Of a DNA stretch of 64,000 nt, positions 10,984 to 22,168 are shown in pieces. The DNA is taken from assembly GCA_034530615.2 (NCBI GenBank), contig JAVRCV020000066.1, positions 1 to 64,000 of the forward strand. The letters run 5' to 3'. The notes under the pieces were generated by a model that was given only the letters and a program-made list of their open reading frames with translations, ran no database searches and had not been told where the DNA came from. Within the stretch, counting starts at the first letter, position 1, and every line of letters starts with the position of its first letter. This DNA comes from Aulosira sp. ZfuVER01. Lineage in GTDB: Bacteria > Cyanobacteriota > Cyanobacteriia > Cyanobacteriales > Nostocaceae. Made by a program: the position numbers and the translations under genes.

Positions 10984-11350
10984 GTTAATATTTCAACGCA
11001 CAGAGGCGCAAATGAAATTTATGACAAAATCTCTTTGCGTCCCTGTGGATCTCGATTTGGTGCATCTAGCTTAACTGTTAATTTATTAGTTTTCTGCTCA
11101 ACAGCTATCTTGCCTCGACGTTGTAAATTATCTCAATCAACTATGAGATTTACATAATTGGACAGGTGACGGACTAGAAGTACGAATCTAAAATTAAAAG
11201 TAGTCCCTGCGGAAAGAGACATGGCGGCATTGTTGTTATAAATAGCCATCCTCTAAGTGATTGGAAACTCCCCAGTTATAAGTATCGTCCTTAATCAGGC
11301 TGCTCTTCCCACAAAGACCATCTCAGCCCTCAGTCAAGCAGGTTTTAAAT

Positions 11351-11962
11351 ATGAAAGACCAACAAGGAACTAATCGGAACTCTTCAGGTGTAATTGCAGC
11401 CGTCTCAGCAGCGGTGGTAGCGGTCAGTGGCGGCGTAGCTTGGCTTACTTTGCAATCTAATAATCCACCGACACCACCAAATACCTCAAGAACATTAACT
11501 CAGCCAGGAAAATCATCAACAGTACAGCCCGGTCAAGAGCAAACTGCTAATATTTACTGGCTCAAAGATAATGGTAAAAATTTGGCACTGGCTCCCCAAC
11601 CAGTCAAAATAGCTGCTACTCAACCCGACCAAGTTTTAGAAAAAGCTTTTCAAAATTTGTTAGCAGGCCCAACCGAAGGTGCAGAATCTACCACCATTCC
11701 TAAAGGCACTAAATTACTAGGTCTGAAAGTCAACAATGATGAGATTCACGTTAATTTATCTGAAGACTTTACCAGTGGCGGTGGTAGTAGCTCCATGATG
11801 GGTCGTGTCGGTCAGGTTGTCTACACCGCTACCACGATAAATCCCAATGCCAAAGTGTACATTGATGTCAATGGCAAGAAGTTGGATGTTTTAGGCGGCG
11901 AAGGCGTAGTGTTAGATCAGCCACTCACCCGTGAAACCTTTAAAAAAGATTATCCACTTTAG
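11351..11962 (+). CDS. GerMN domain membrane-anchored protein
   Basis: N-terminal TM segment, LLAGP, VNLS.DF..GGGS, QVVYTAT. Confidence 0.8.
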   Translation: MKDQQGTNRNSSGVIAAVSAAVVAVSGGVAWLTLQSNNPPTPPNTSRTLTQPGKSSTVQPGQEQTANIYWLKDNGKNLALAPQPVKIAATQPDQVLEKAFQNLLAGPTEGAESTTIPKGTKLLGLKVNNDEIHVNLSEDFTSGGGSSSMMGRVGQVVYTATTINPNAKVYIDVNGKKLDVLGGEGVVLDQPLTRETFKKDYPL

Positions 11963-11982
11963 TCAAGAGTCAAAGGTCAAGA

Positions 11983-12027
11983 GGAGCCACTGCGTTGCGG
12001 GGGTTCCCCCCGTTGTAGCAAGTAGCG
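11983..12027. repeat. 45-bp small dispersed repeat inserted in an AGTCAA(G/A) heptamer tract
   Basis: Central GC hairpin; a reverse-complement relative lies inside thiL at 16394-16438. Confidence 0.8.
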
Positions 12028-12093
12028 TTCAAGAGTCAAAAAGTATGTATGTTGAGCTTTGGACTTTTGACATTGGACTCTGGACTCTTAATT

Positions 12094-12441
12094 TTAAAGT
12101 TTACTATTCAACACGCGAAAGCTATGGGCTTGCTGTTCTAATCTAGTAGCTAGGCGATCGCAAACCCGATTACACAATTCAAAAATCATTTCATCTTCCA
12201 CTCGGTAATAGGCGCAGGTTCCTTCACTGCGGCGGCTAAGGATACCTGCTTGCCACATTACCTTGAGATGTTTTGAGACGTTTGCCTGAGAAGTCTGTGT
12301 TGCCTCTACCAACTCTTGTACGCATTTTTCTTCATCTCGGAGTAAGTGCAACAGCCGAAGGCGCATCGGTTCACTTAACAGACTGAAGTATTCAGCTACT
12401 TGTTGCACCACTTCTGGTGGTACAGGCAACACTTGTTTCAT
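12094..12441 (-). CDS. ArsR/SmtB family transcriptional regulator
   Basis: LSEPMRLRLL, CVQEL, SQANVSKHL, EG..AYY winged HTH. Confidence 0.9.
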   Translation of the reverse strand: MKQVLPVPPEVVQQVAEYFSLLSEPMRLRLLHLLRDEEKCVQELVEATQTSQANVSKHLKVMWQAGILSRRSEGTCAYYRVEDEMIFELCNRVCDRLATRLEQQAHSFRVLNSKL

Positions 12442-12502
12442 CAGGATTAACCCGTAGTACTGACAACTTTAAAAACGACTCATGTCATATATAGATTAAT
12501 AC

Positions 12503-13054
12503 TTAATCAGGGTTAATTCGCATTAAAGGCTGACCATATTCTACAGGTTCGCCATTTTGCACCAAAATTTCCATTACCTGTCCGGATACTTCAGCCTCAA
12601 TTTCGTTCATCAGCTTCATCGCTTCAATGATACAGACTGTTTGACCACTGCGGACGCGATCGCCTACTTCCACAAATGGAGCCTCACCCGGTGCAGGCGC
12701 ACGATAAAATGTTCCTACCATCGGGGAAGGTACTTCGACTAATCTCTTGTCAATGGCTGAGGGAGAGCCTGACATTTGGGCACCAGAGCCAGCAGCATTA
12801 TCTAAGATGCGACTCGTACCTATTTCTCCTACCGTAGTTGATACTGTCGCAGGTGCAACAGGCGAAACTGATGTTAATCCCACACCAACCACACCGCCTG
12901 ACGCTGCTTGACCTACCGACACAACATGATTGCTGAAACTCACAGCTTTACGTACCGTTAGCTCAAAGTCGTCGCTTTTAAGCGTGACTTCGGCAATATC
13001 TGTTTGTGCAATAGTTGCAAGCAGTTGGCGAATTTCATTAAAGTCCAATGGCAC
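12503..13054 (-). CDS. accB: Acetyl-CoA carboxylase biotin carboxyl carrier protein
   Basis: SPMVGTFY and EAMKLMN biotinylation motif; downstream of efp. Confidence 0.97.
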   Translation of the reverse strand: MPLDFNEIRQLLATIAQTDIAEVTLKSDDFELTVRKAVSFSNHVVSVGQAASGGVVGVGLTSVSPVAPATVSTTVGEIGTSRILDNAAGSGAQMSGSPSAIDKRLVEVPSPMVGTFYRAPAPGEAPFVEVGDRVRSGQTVCIIEAMKLMNEIEAEVSGQVMEILVQNGEPVEYGQPLMRINPD

Positions 13055-13160
13055 AGTTTTTATTACCTCGACCTGTACGTAAAGAAAAATTTTAAGTGTG
13101 GCAGGGATTTAATCCCTTGATAGGGATTGAAATCGGGATTGCTCTCAAATGAGATGATAA

Positions 13161-13718
13161 TTATTCCCTGCCGAGATATTTATCATCACGGGTATCAATC
13201 TTGATGCGTTCTCCTTGAGCAATAAACAAGGGAACCATTACAGTTGCACCGGTTTCTAGAGTTGCTGGTTTAGTACCACCTGTGGCCGTGTCACCTTTAA
13301 CACCCGGATCTGTTTGCACGATTTCTAACACCACAGAATTGGGAAGTTCAACTTCTAGTACTTGCTCGCCCCAACGAACAACGTTAACTTCCATGCCTTC
13401 TTTGAGGTATTTTACGCGATCGCCAATTTGCGCCGCGCTCAATCTACCTTCTTCGTAGCTTTCCATATCCATAAAGACGAATTCATCACCTTCTTTATAG
13501 GTATGTTGCATCGTGATTTTTTCTAGAGTCGCTTGCGGTACTGTTTCCCCAGCCCGGAAAGTTCTTTCTAAAACCTTTCCACTCTGGACATTTTTGAGTG
13601 TTGTCCGCACAAACGCCGAGCCTTTACCTGGCTTAACGTGGAGGAAATCAATTACTCGCCATACAGACCCATCTAAAACAATTGAGACACCGGGGCGAAA
13701 GTCGTTACTGGAGATCAT
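13161..13718 (-). CDS. efp: Translation elongation factor P
   Basis: [12 protein letters not shown] and PGVKGDTA motifs. Confidence 0.98.
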   Translation of the reverse strand: MISSNDFRPGVSIVLDGSVWRVIDFLHVKPGKGSAFVRTTLKNVQSGKVLERTFRAGETVPQATLEKITMQHTYKEGDEFVFMDMESYEEGRLSAAQIGDRVKYLKEGMEVNVVRWGEQVLEVELPNSVVLEIVQTDPGVKGDTATGGTKPATLETGATVMVPLFIAQGERIKIDTRDDKYLGRE

Positions 13719-13934
13719 GAAACTTTCAAGTTTTGGAAGACAATCGGCATTTATTGTACCCTTCCAGGGTAGTCAATGGTCATTAGTCATTAGTCAATGG
13801 TCAAGAAATTCTAGGCTTTGGACTATTGACTCTGGACTTTTGACTCTGGACTCAGAACTCAGCACTCCTACTGTGGGAAGATAAGTGATGGGTTACGTCC
13901 AGTTAACAATTTGATGCTGCATTTAAGCCATACC

Positions 13935-15041
13935 ATGTTTAACATATTAAAATCCTGGCTGAAGAACAGCCTCATGGCAATACTGCTGGTAACAATATTT
14001 TTAGGCATAAGTACAGCTGGGTGGACTCCCTCCAGTAGCGCCGCCCTACCAGCTGGGAATGCAATTACTGATGGCAGATCTCTGTTGCGGTATGCACTCC
14101 CGATAGACAATGAACCTGTGAGGCAATTACAAGCCAGTTTAGAAGATATCTCCAACCAACTGCGGGCAAATCGGCGGTGGGGTGCTATCTCCAAAGACCT
14201 CAGTAAAGCGTCCAGAGTTCTCGACCAACCATCCAAAATCCTAGCAAGCGTTCCCGAAGAACGCCAACCCCAAGCCAAAGCTTGGATTGAAGAATTGCAA
14301 TCTGGCGTTAATACACTGCAAGAATTAGTCAAAGTCAAAGATAAAGAACAAATCCAAGCAGAACGCAATAAACTCCTCAACCTTGTGACTCTTATCGAAG
14401 AGTCAATGGTGAAGGAATTTCCTTTTGAAGTACCTAAGGAGTACAGTAACCTACCTCAACTCAAAGGTCGGGCTACTGTGGACATTAAAACCAATAAAGG
14501 CAATCTTACCGTTGTTGTAGATGGTTATAGTGCCCCTGTTACTGCTGGTAACTTTATTGATTTAGTACAACGTGGTTTTTATAATGGCTTAGAATTTACC
14601 CGTTCGGAAGAATCCTACTTTTTACAAACAGGAGATCCACCAGGTAAAGATGTCGGTTTTATCGATCCCAAAACTGGTAAATACCGCTCTATTCCCTTAG
14701 AAGTTCTAGTTGAAGGCGATAAAGCGCCCACCTACGGCATTACACTCGAAGAAGCTGGACGTTACATTGATATGCCCGTTCTGCCTTTCTCTTCCTTCGG
14801 TGCTGTAGTTATGGCCCGTCCTGAAAGTCAAGTCAATGGTGCTTCGTCACAATTTTTCTTCTTCCTATTTGAACCAGAACTCACCCCTGCCGGACGCAAC
14901 CTATTAGATGGTCGCTACGCAGTTTTTGGCTATCTTACCGAAGGGCAAGAAGTTTTGGATCAACTCAAAGCAGGAGACAAAATTGAGTCAGCCACCGTCG
15001 TTCGAGGTATAGAAAATTTAGTGCAGCCGCAAGCAGCATGA
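13935..15041 (+). CDS. Cyclophilin-type peptidyl-prolyl isomerase with N-terminal helical bundle (TLP40/CYP38-like)
   Basis: Signal peptide, LLRYALP, DGYSAPVTAGNF, QTGDP, LDGRYAVFG. Confidence 0.88.
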   Translation: MFNILKSWLKNSLMAILLVTIFLGISTAGWTPSSSAALPAGNAITDGRSLLRYALPIDNEPVRQLQASLEDISNQLRANRRWGAISKDLSKASRVLDQPSKILASVPEERQPQAKAWIEELQSGVNTLQELVKVKDKEQIQAERNKLLNLVTLIEESMVKEFPFEVPKEYSNLPQLKGRATVDIKTNKGNLTVVVDGYSAPVTAGNFIDLVQRGFYNGLEFTRSEESYFLQTGDPPGKDVGFIDPKTGKYRSIPLEVLVEGDKAPTYGITLEEAGRYIDMPVLPFSSFGAVVMARPESQVNGASSQFFFFLFEPELTPAGRNLLDGRYAVFGYLTEGQEVLDQLKAGDKIESATVVRGIENLVQPQAA

Positions 15042-15084
15042 ATCAAGGATGAAAGATGAAGTCTCAAATTTCAGCCTTCATCTT

Positions 15085-15657
15085 TCAACTGAGATTTCCA
15101 GAACTCAACACTAGATCAACAGCGATCGCTAATTCGGGAAAAGTCTGCGATACAATTTTCTCTTCAGCCGTAAATACTGTCTCTTCGTACAGTCCTTCTT
15201 CCAGTAACAGCACAGAAATCTTTCTTTCTAACGGGTCTACAATCCAATATTCGGGCACTTCAACCGCTGCATATTCAGAACGCTTATAGCGATAGTCTCG
15301 CTTGATTGAATCTGGGCTAACTACCTCTACGATTAGTAATGGTGGGGTCTCGAACACAGCTGAAGCTTTTAGTAATTGTCTTGCTTGCTCCTGCGTCACC
15401 ATACACAAGTCAGTCAACCTAGACTTATTTTTCCCTGTCCTCGTACCACTTTCCCTAAAAGTTAGCCAAGGTAAACTCAACCGATGAATTTCTGCTGTGA
15501 ATGTGGTGTCTAAAAAAGCAACAATCAAAAAATGTTCAATCGTCGGAGGATTCATTAATTCCAGCCTGCCATCCACCAGTTCATAGTGAAAACCACTGCC
15601 ATCATCATAGTTTAAGTACTCTTCAAATGTGAGCTTTGTTACTGGTGTAGAGACCAT
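15085..15657 (-). CDS. Uma2 family endonuclease (DUF820)
   Basis: LTFEEYL, YELVDG, VEVVSP, DY..K..EY, PEYWIVDP. Confidence 0.9.
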   Translation of the reverse strand: MVSTPVTKLTFEEYLNYDDGSGFHYELVDGRLELMNPPTIEHFLIVAFLDTTFTAEIHRLSLPWLTFRESGTRTGKNKSRLTDLCMVTQEQARQLLKASAVFETPPLLIVEVVSPDSIKRDYRYKRSEYAAVEVPEYWIVDPLERKISVLLLEEGLYEETVFTAEEKIVSQTFPELAIAVDLVLSSGNLS

Positions 15658-15737
15658 CCCAACATTCCCTTAGACGATACCATTATCCTAACTTGAGGGG
15701 TTAGGAAGTGCAGAGGTACAGAGGCGACTATTGAGTA

Positions 15738-16805
15738 ATGACTAAAGTAAAAGATATTGGCGAACAAGGCCTGTTAGCTCGATTGCAGCGCTTTTGCCCT
15801 CAAGACATTATTGGCGATGACGCAGCAGTGCTATTGACGGCACCAGGGCAATCTTTGGTAGTAACGACAGATGTCTTAGTTGATGGCGTACATTTTAGTA
15901 ATATCACCACCTCTCCAGAAGATGCTGGTTGGCGTGCTGCTGCTGCCAATTTATCCGATTTAGCGGCGATGGGTGCTTTACCTTTGGGGATCGTTGTGGG
16001 GTTAGGAATTCCCGGAGATGTTAGCGTTAGCTGGGTTGAGCGTTTGTACCAGGGAATGACAGAATGCCTGCAAAAGTATAATACTCAAATTGTGGGTGGT
16101 GATATTGTGCGATCGCCTGTTACTACTTTATCTATCACCGCATTTGGTCAAGCCGATCCTAGCCGCATTATCCGTCGTTCTGCTGCCCAAGTCGGAGATG
16201 CGATCGTCATCACAGGTATTCATGGAGCCTCCCGCGCTGGCTTAGAGCTACTCTTGCATCCCGAAATAGGACAAAACCTCAAAGATTCAGAGAAAGCGGC
16301 TTTAATCACAGCACACCAACGTCCCCAGCCAAGATTAGATATCTTACCCACACTCTGGGAAATTGTAGACTCCCAATCCCAAATCCCCAATCACACCACT
16401 TGCTACAACGCGGGTTCCGCGCGCAACGCAGTGGCTCCCAAATCTAAAATTTCTGTAGCTGGTATGGACAGCAGCGATGGTTTGGCCGATGCTATTTTGC
16501 AAATCTGTCGTGCTAGTCAAGTTGGCGCTATTATTGAAGCCAAGCAAATACCCTTCCCAGAAGCTTTTGAACATTGGCTAACTCCAGAGCAAGCCCTAAA
16601 CTACACCCTATACGGTGGCGAAGACTTTGAATTAGTGCTGTGTTTGCCAACAGATGCAGCCTCAGCTTTGGTAAAACAGCTCGGCCAGGATACGTCGATT
16701 ATCGGCACAATTACATCAGGAACAAAAGTACTATTACATGATGAAAATACAGAAATCCCTGACCAAGTTTTAAATCTTAGTCAGGGATTTCAACATTTTA
16801 GTTAG
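15738..16805 (+). CDS. thiL: Thiamine-phosphate kinase with an in-frame repeat insertion
   Basis: IGDDAA, NLSDLAAMG, GGD, DSSDGL, GGEDFEL. Confidence 0.95.
   Translation: MTKVKDIGEQGLLARLQRFCPQDIIGDDAAVLLTAPGQSLVVTTDVLVDGVHFSNITTSPEDAGWRAAAANLSDLAAMGALPLGIVVGLGIPGDVSVSWVERLYQGMTECLQKYNTQIVGGDIVRSPVTTLSITAFGQADPSRIIRRSAAQVGDAIVITGIHGASRAGLELLLHPEIGQNLKDSEKAALITAHQRPQPRLDILPTLWEIVDSQSQIPNHTTCYNAGSARNAVAPKSKISVAGMDSSDGLADAILQICRASQVGAIIEAKQIPFPEAFEHWLTPEQALNYTLYGGEDFELVLCLPTDAASALVKQLGQDTSIIGTITSGTKVLLHDENTEIPDQVLNLSQGFQHFS
16394..16438. repeat. 45-bp small dispersed repeat inside the thiL coding frame
   Basis: Reverse complement closely matches 11983-12027. Confidence 0.85.
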
Positions 16806-16834
16806 CGGTCATTTGTCAAATGATCAATGACAAA

Positions 16835-17848
16835 TTATTGCCACTTAACAGCTACGAGTTCTGCCAAATCCAGAACTCGTTGGCTATAACCCCACTCGTT
16901 ATCGTACCAAGCCATAACTTTTACTAAGTCACTACCCATAACCAAAGTCAAGCTAGCATCGACAATCGAAGAAGCATCAGTACCTTGATAGTCGGATGAT
17001 ACAAGTTGTAGCTCACTGTAATCCAAGATACCTTTGAGTGGACCTTCGGAAGCATCTTTTAAGGCTTGATTAACTTCTTCCGTAATAGTACGCTTCTCAA
17101 CCTGGACTACGAAATCTACCATTGAGACGTTTGGGGTAGGTACACGTAAGGCTACGCCATTCAGCTTGCCTTTGAGATCTGGGATCACTAATGCTACAGC
17201 TTTTGCTGCACCAGTAGAAGTGGGTACAATATTAATAGCTGCTGCTCTAGCCCGGCGGACATCACGGTGAGAAGCGTCTAATAAGCGCTGATCCCCTGTG
17301 TAGCTGTGAGTAGTGGTCATCGTACCTTTGATGATCCCGAATTTTTCATTCAACACCTTGGCAATAGGAGCCAAGCAGTTGGTGGTACAGCTGGCGTTGC
17401 TGATAATGTGGTGAGTGTTGTGGTCATAATCATGATGATTTACACCCATCACAAAGGTGCCATCTTCATTTTTACCAGGGGCGGTGATTAGAACCTTCTT
17501 GGCTCCAGCATTTACATGCTTCATTGCGCCTTCTTTGCTGGTAAAAACACCTGTTGCTTCGATAATTAGATCGATTCCCCAATCTTTCCAGGGCAAGTTT
17601 TCTGGATTGCGATCGGATACGCACTTAATGGTTTTACCGTTAATGATGATCGAATTATCATCCGCTGTAATGTCAGCATCCTTTAACTTCCCTAGCATGG
17701 AGTCATACTTCAGCAGGTGAGCGTTCGTTCTAGGGTCTGATGTGTCATTAATAGCGACAAGGTCGATGTTGCTGTTCTGTCTACCGACCCAGCAGCGTGC
17801 AAAGTTACGCCCAATCCGCCCGAAACCGTTGATTGCGACTCTAATCAC
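16835..17848 (-). CDS. gap2: Glyceraldehyde-3-phosphate dehydrogenase, NAD(P)-dependent cyanobacterial Gap2 type
   Basis: [31 protein letters not shown]-loop, WYDNEWGYS. Confidence 0.93.
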   Translation of the reverse strand: MIRVAINGFGRIGRNFARCWVGRQNSNIDLVAINDTSDPRTNAHLLKYDSMLGKLKDADITADDNSIIINGKTIKCVSDRNPENLPWKDWGIDLIIEATGVFTSKEGAMKHVNAGAKKVLITAPGKNEDGTFVMGVNHHDYDHNTHHIISNASCTTNCLAPIAKVLNEKFGIIKGTMTTTHSYTGDQRLLDASHRDVRRARAAAINIVPTSTGAAKAVALVIPDLKGKLNGVALRVPTPNVSMVDFVVQVEKRTITEEVNQALKDASEGPLKGILDYSELQLVSSDYQGTDASSIVDASLTLVMGSDLVKVMAWYDNEWGYSQRVLDLAELVAVKWQ

Positions 17849-17974
17849 AGTGTCTTGCCCTCTGTATTTATGCCTATAAGTTTATTTCATTGACCCCAAT
17901 CATATCGCAAAGGGGGGGAGCATTAATAACCGGAAAGTGTTAGATCCAGAAAAAAACACATAATTTATTCAGAT

Positions 17975-18592
17975 TTATTTTGAGTAAAGGTTGTGGGCAC
18001 AGATGTACGACCTCACCGGCTCTGGAACTAGATATCGAATAGACTGGCGTTCGCGGATTAATTCACGAATTAGACTTGACGAAACTCCTACTAAAGGTAT
18101 ATGCAGTAATTGCCAACTAATGCTAATAGACTGATTTATCAATTGTTGCTCTACTTGCTTGCAGATTAACTCACTTTGAGCTATAGTCTCACCACCTAGG
18201 AGTCGGGGTGCAATTAACCAATCACACATCTGAGCTAGTTCGTGCCCACGGTACCAATGGGGTAAGGTTTGGAATGCATCTAAACCAACAATCCAGTACC
18301 AGTGAGTCTTGGGATAAGCAGCAGATAAATCAATCAGTGTATTGATGGCATAAGATGTTCCAGGGCGATTGACTTCAATTAGTGAAACAGTAAATGCAGG
18401 ATGATCTTTTGTAGCTTGTTGTAGCATTGCTACTCGATGCTCAAACAAAGCTGCTTGTTTATGTGGAGGATTTAGCGATGGCACCCAAATTATCTGTTCT
18501 ACAGGTACTTGATGCAAAGCTGTCTCGCCTATAAGTAGGTGTCCCCAATGTATAGGATCAAATGTGCCACCAAAAATTGCTAATTGCTGCAT
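17975..18592 (-). CDS. nadD: Nicotinate-nucleotide adenylyltransferase
   Basis: GGTFDPIHWGH, PPHK, VSSS.IR. Confidence 0.93.
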   Translation of the reverse strand: MQQLAIFGGTFDPIHWGHLLIGETALHQVPVEQIIWVPSLNPPHKQAALFEHRVAMLQQATKDHPAFTVSLIEVNRPGTSYAINTLIDLSAAYPKTHWYWIVGLDAFQTLPHWYRGHELAQMCDWLIAPRLLGGETIAQSELICKQVEQQLINQSISISWQLLHIPLVGVSSSLIRELIRERQSIRYLVPEPVRSYICAHNLYSK

Positions 18593-18995
18593 CCAGTTAA
18601 ATTGGGCTTCTATTCAATTTCAAAAAAATTCACTATCAATGTACTATTGTAGTCAATTCAATCCTAGGTTTTATCTAATTTAAAAGCAGTTTCACCAGAG
18701 ATAGACTATTGTAGCCAATTCTAGTAAGGACGCTAAAATATGTGTTTCTTATTACAAGAATTTCTTTCCCGATGTGGCAGAAATTTTCAGAATAATCATA
18801 AGATACAGTTCAGAAATAGCAAAAACCTCTAACAAAGGTAAAATCATTCTGAACCAAAAAAACAAGAGGAGAAAAATTTACGAAACTGAAAAAATTAAAT
18901 ACATACAGGAGCAGTTACAGGAAAAATCCAATTCCTGTTATGATACCCGTGTCATTTGTGATTATGGTGTGGTGTGGTGTAAGAGGAGTAATCGA

Positions 18996-20456
18996 ATGAA
19001 TAATTCTGTAGATTTTAGCGGTAGACCGTTTCATTTCATCGGCATCGGCGGCATAGGTATGTCTGCTTTGGCTTATGTTCTTGCCAAACGTCAATTGCCA
19101 GTATCAGGTTCAGATCTTCGCCCAAATCACATTACGCGAAAGTTAGAATCTATCGGAACTCATATTTTTAGTAGACAAGAAGCCAGTAATCTGGAATTTT
19201 TTCGCCCTAGAGTTACCTCTGGAGTGGCATTAAACTCACTCTCAGAATTACCTGCTGCGGAAAACGTAGCACTGCCTCAAGTAATATGTTCAACAGCAAT
19301 TAACACTACTAATTTAGAATACAAAGCAGCACTAGAATTAGGTTGCCCAATTTTACATCGTTCAGATGTACTAGCTGCTTTAATTGCCGATTACCATAGC
19401 ATTGCAGTGGCAGGAACCCACGGCAAAACTACAACCAGTAGTATGATTGGCTATATGCTACTCAAAGCTGGTTTAGATCCAACTATTCTCGTGGGTGGTG
19501 AAGTTAATGCTTGGGAAGGTAATGCCAGATTAGGAGAAAGTCAGTATCTCGTAGCCGAAGCAGATGAATCAGATGGTTCTTTAGTAAAACACGCTCCAGC
19601 AATTGGCATCATCACCAATATTGAACTCGATCATCCCGACCACTATGAAACATTAGAAGAAGTTGTTGATATCTTCCAAAAGTTTGCTCATAGTTGTCAG
19701 ACCTTGGTAGGTAGCATCGATTGTGCAACAGTACGCGATCGCCTAAAACCAACAATCACCTACAGCCTACAGCCAGATACCAACGCTGACTATACTGTCA
19801 CTAATATTGACTATCGATCTGATGGTACTACAGCCCTAGTTTGGGAAAGAGGCAAAGCTTTAGGGATGTTGAATTTGCGCCTACTTAGTAAGCACAACCT
19901 CAGCAATGCTTTAGCAGCTGTAGCAGTAGGTCGAGTATTGGGCTTAGAATTTGGGGAAATTGCCAAGGGTATTGCTACCTTTGAAGGCGCAAGACGGCGC
20001 TTTGAATTCCGAGGTGAAGTTGATGGCATTACCTTCATTGATGACTATGCCCATCACCCTAGTGAAATTCGTGCTACTCTAGCTGCGGCACGTTTGCAAG
20101 CTAGACCCGGACAAAGAGTTGTAGCGATTTTTCAGCCCCATCGCTATAGTCGTACACTTACCTTTTTAGAAGAATTTGCAGAATCTTTTACTCATGCTGA
20201 TTTGGTTGTGCTGACTGATATTTACAGTGCCGGAGAACCCAATCTAGGCCAAATTAGTGGTGAAATATTAGCAGCAGCAATCGCCAAACAGCACCCACAG
20301 GTTGTTTATCAACCAACCTTGCCTTTGGTAAACGAATTCTTAGTAAAAACATTGCGTCCTGGAGATTTAGCACTGTTTCTCGGTGCAGGGAACTTGAATC
20401 AAGCCATTCCCGAAATAATTGCTACACTTTGCGAACCAGCAAAAGCCACATCTTAA
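18996..20456 (+). CDS. murC: UDP-N-acetylmuramate--L-alanine ligase
   Basis: GIGGIGMS, AGTHGKTTT, EADESD, DDYAHHP, FQPHRYSR; AGGAG upstream of ATG 18996. Confidence 0.97.
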   Translation: MNNSVDFSGRPFHFIGIGGIGMSALAYVLAKRQLPVSGSDLRPNHITRKLESIGTHIFSRQEASNLEFFRPRVTSGVALNSLSELPAAENVALPQVICSTAINTTNLEYKAALELGCPILHRSDVLAALIADYHSIAVAGTHGKTTTSSMIGYMLLKAGLDPTILVGGEVNAWEGNARLGESQYLVAEADESDGSLVKHAPAIGIITNIELDHPDHYETLEEVVDIFQKFAHSCQTLVGSIDCATVRDRLKPTITYSLQPDTNADYTVTNIDYRSDGTTALVWERGKALGMLNLRLLSKHNLSNALAAVAVGRVLGLEFGEIAKGIATFEGARRRFEFRGEVDGITFIDDYAHHPSEIRATLAAARLQARPGQRVVAIFQPHRYSRTLTFLEEFAESFTHADLVVLTDIYSAGEPNLGQISGEILAAAIAKQHPQVVYQPTLPLVNEFLVKTLRPGDLALFLGAGNLNQAIPEIIATLCEPAKATS

Positions 20457-20586
20457 GTGATGACACTGTTAATGTCTCTTTTGAGACAAGTGTCTAGCTA
20501 ATTTGTTACAGTTTCATAAAAATTTCATAGTACAGCCGTATTATTACGGCGCATAAATGTAAAAATTTCTCTAAATCGACCTAAAA

Positions 20587-21585
20587 ATGACAACCTTCCA
20601 GGCAGATAGCAGCGTCTGCACAGTTTCTACATTGACTTCAGAGAAACAGGAAACAGCTAATTCCGTCGAAAGTCCGGTAATTTATTTACCTGGTACTGAT
20701 TGCGCTATTAAGTCTCAGGCTTCTTTGTCAGCATATACTTCCTATAGGGTGGGTGGAGCAGCACAACTATATATTGCCCCCCGCAATATAGAAGCAATGC
20801 AAGCAGGGTTAAAGTATGCAAAAGAACGTGGTATTGTAGTAACAATACTAGGTGCAGGTTCTAACTTATTGGTAAGCGATCGCGGTCTACCGGGCTTAGT
20901 TATTGCCACTCGTCATCTGAGATATAGTCACTTTGACCCTCAAACAGGTCAATTAACCGTTGCTGCGGGTGAATCAATTCCGAGCTTGGCATGGCAAGCA
21001 GCCGATTTAGGCTGGGAAGGACTAGAATGGGCTGTCGGCATCCCTGGAACGGTTGGGGGTGCTGTAGTGATGAATGCCGGGGCGCACAATAGCTGTACCG
21101 CAGATATGTTAGTCAGCGCTCAAGTACTTTCACCCGATGGCGCTCTGGAAACTCTTACTCCTGCGGAATTGGGTTATAACTACCGGACTTCATTATTGCA
21201 AGGTAGCGATCGCATAGTTACCCAAGCCACCTTTCAATTGCGGCCAGGTGCAGACCCAGCAAAAGTGTTAGCAGCAACCAAGGAGCACAAACAGCACCGA
21301 CTGACTACCCAACCCTATAACTTCCCTAGTTGTGGTAGTGTGTTCCGCAATCCCAAGCCTTACTCTGCTGGCTGGTTAATTGAACAAACTGGGTTAAAAG
21401 GCTTCCAAATTGGTGGCGCACAAGTAGCACAACTCCATGCTAATTTTATCGTTAACCGTGGCGGCGCAAAAGCTAGCGATATCTTTTGTCTCATTCGTCA
21501 TATTCAGCAGCAAGTGCAAGACCGTTGGTCAATTCGCTTAGAGCCAGAAGTCAAAATGCTGGGAGAATTTCAGCTAGCTTGTTGA
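20587..21585 (+). CDS. murB: UDP-N-acetylmuramate dehydrogenase
   Basis: [38 protein letters not shown]. Confidence 0.96.
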   Translation: MTTFQADSSVCTVSTLTSEKQETANSVESPVIYLPGTDCAIKSQASLSAYTSYRVGGAAQLYIAPRNIEAMQAGLKYAKERGIVVTILGAGSNLLVSDRGLPGLVIATRHLRYSHFDPQTGQLTVAAGESIPSLAWQAADLGWEGLEWAVGIPGTVGGAVVMNAGAHNSCTADMLVSAQVLSPDGALETLTPAELGYNYRTSLLQGSDRIVTQATFQLRPGADPAKVLAATKEHKQHRLTTQPYNFPSCGSVFRNPKPYSAGWLIEQTGLKGFQIGGAQVAQLHANFIVNRGGAKASDIFCLIRHIQQQVQDRWSIRLEPEVKMLGEFQLAC

Positions 21586-21724
21586 GCTTGGAGAAATTCA
21601 CCATCACAGCGGTCAGCAATCAATGCTCTGAAGCATTAATTATGAGTAAAAAAAGAGGCAATTTGCCTACCGCATCTATAATTGAATTTGATTTGTTATT
21701 TAACGCACACGCGGACTATCTATT

Positions 21725-22072
21725 ATGACAGGTAAAGGACAGGGTTTTGGCTTTGGCTTGGGAAAAATGAAAGAACTAGCCGAAGCTTTCAAAAAAGCAC
21801 AGCAAGTTCAAGAAGGCGCAAAGCGTCTCCAAGAAGAATTGGAGCAAATGGAGATTCAAGGAGAGTCTGGCGGTGGTCTGATCAAGGTAATTGTCAGTGG
21901 CAACCAAGAACCCAAACGAGTAGAAATTTCTCCAGACGCTTTAGGAGAAGGAGCAGAAGTACTGTCCGACCTAGTGACAGTGGCGATGAAAGACGCCTAC
22001 AACAAGTCCACAGCTACAATGCGGGAACGCATGGAAGATTTGACCAGTGGGCTGGAATTGCCTGGATTTTAG
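21725..22072 (+). CDS. YbaB/EbfC family nucleoid-associated protein
   Basis: AQQVQ...GESGGG.IKV..SG pattern. Confidence 0.9.
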   Translation: MTGKGQGFGFGLGKMKELAEAFKKAQQVQEGAKRLQEELEQMEIQGESGGGLIKVIVSGNQEPKRVEISPDALGEGAEVLSDLVTVAMKDAYNKSTATMRERMEDLTSGLELPGF

Positions 22073-22168
22073 TCGTTAGTCAAGGGTCAAGAGTCAAAAG
22101 TCAAAAGCCAAAATAGGTTACTTTTAACTTTGGACTCTTGACTTTGGACTGAGAGAAGCAAAATACTT

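Noticed and set aside
11931..12146. 71-aa ORF bridging the GerMN and ArsR genes
   Set aside because: It reads through repeat DNA and overlaps both real genes
13513..14380. Antisense ORFs over efp and the cyclophilin gene
   Set aside because: Shadow frames of well-supported genes; the same applies to the other short antisense ORFs in the track
15085..15657. Uma2 gene as a defence system
   Set aside because: A highly expanded, scattered family in cyanobacteria, with no partner genes here
18774..18995. 74-aa N-terminal extension of MurC
   Set aside because: AT-rich promoter-like DNA; a good RBS precedes ATG 18996
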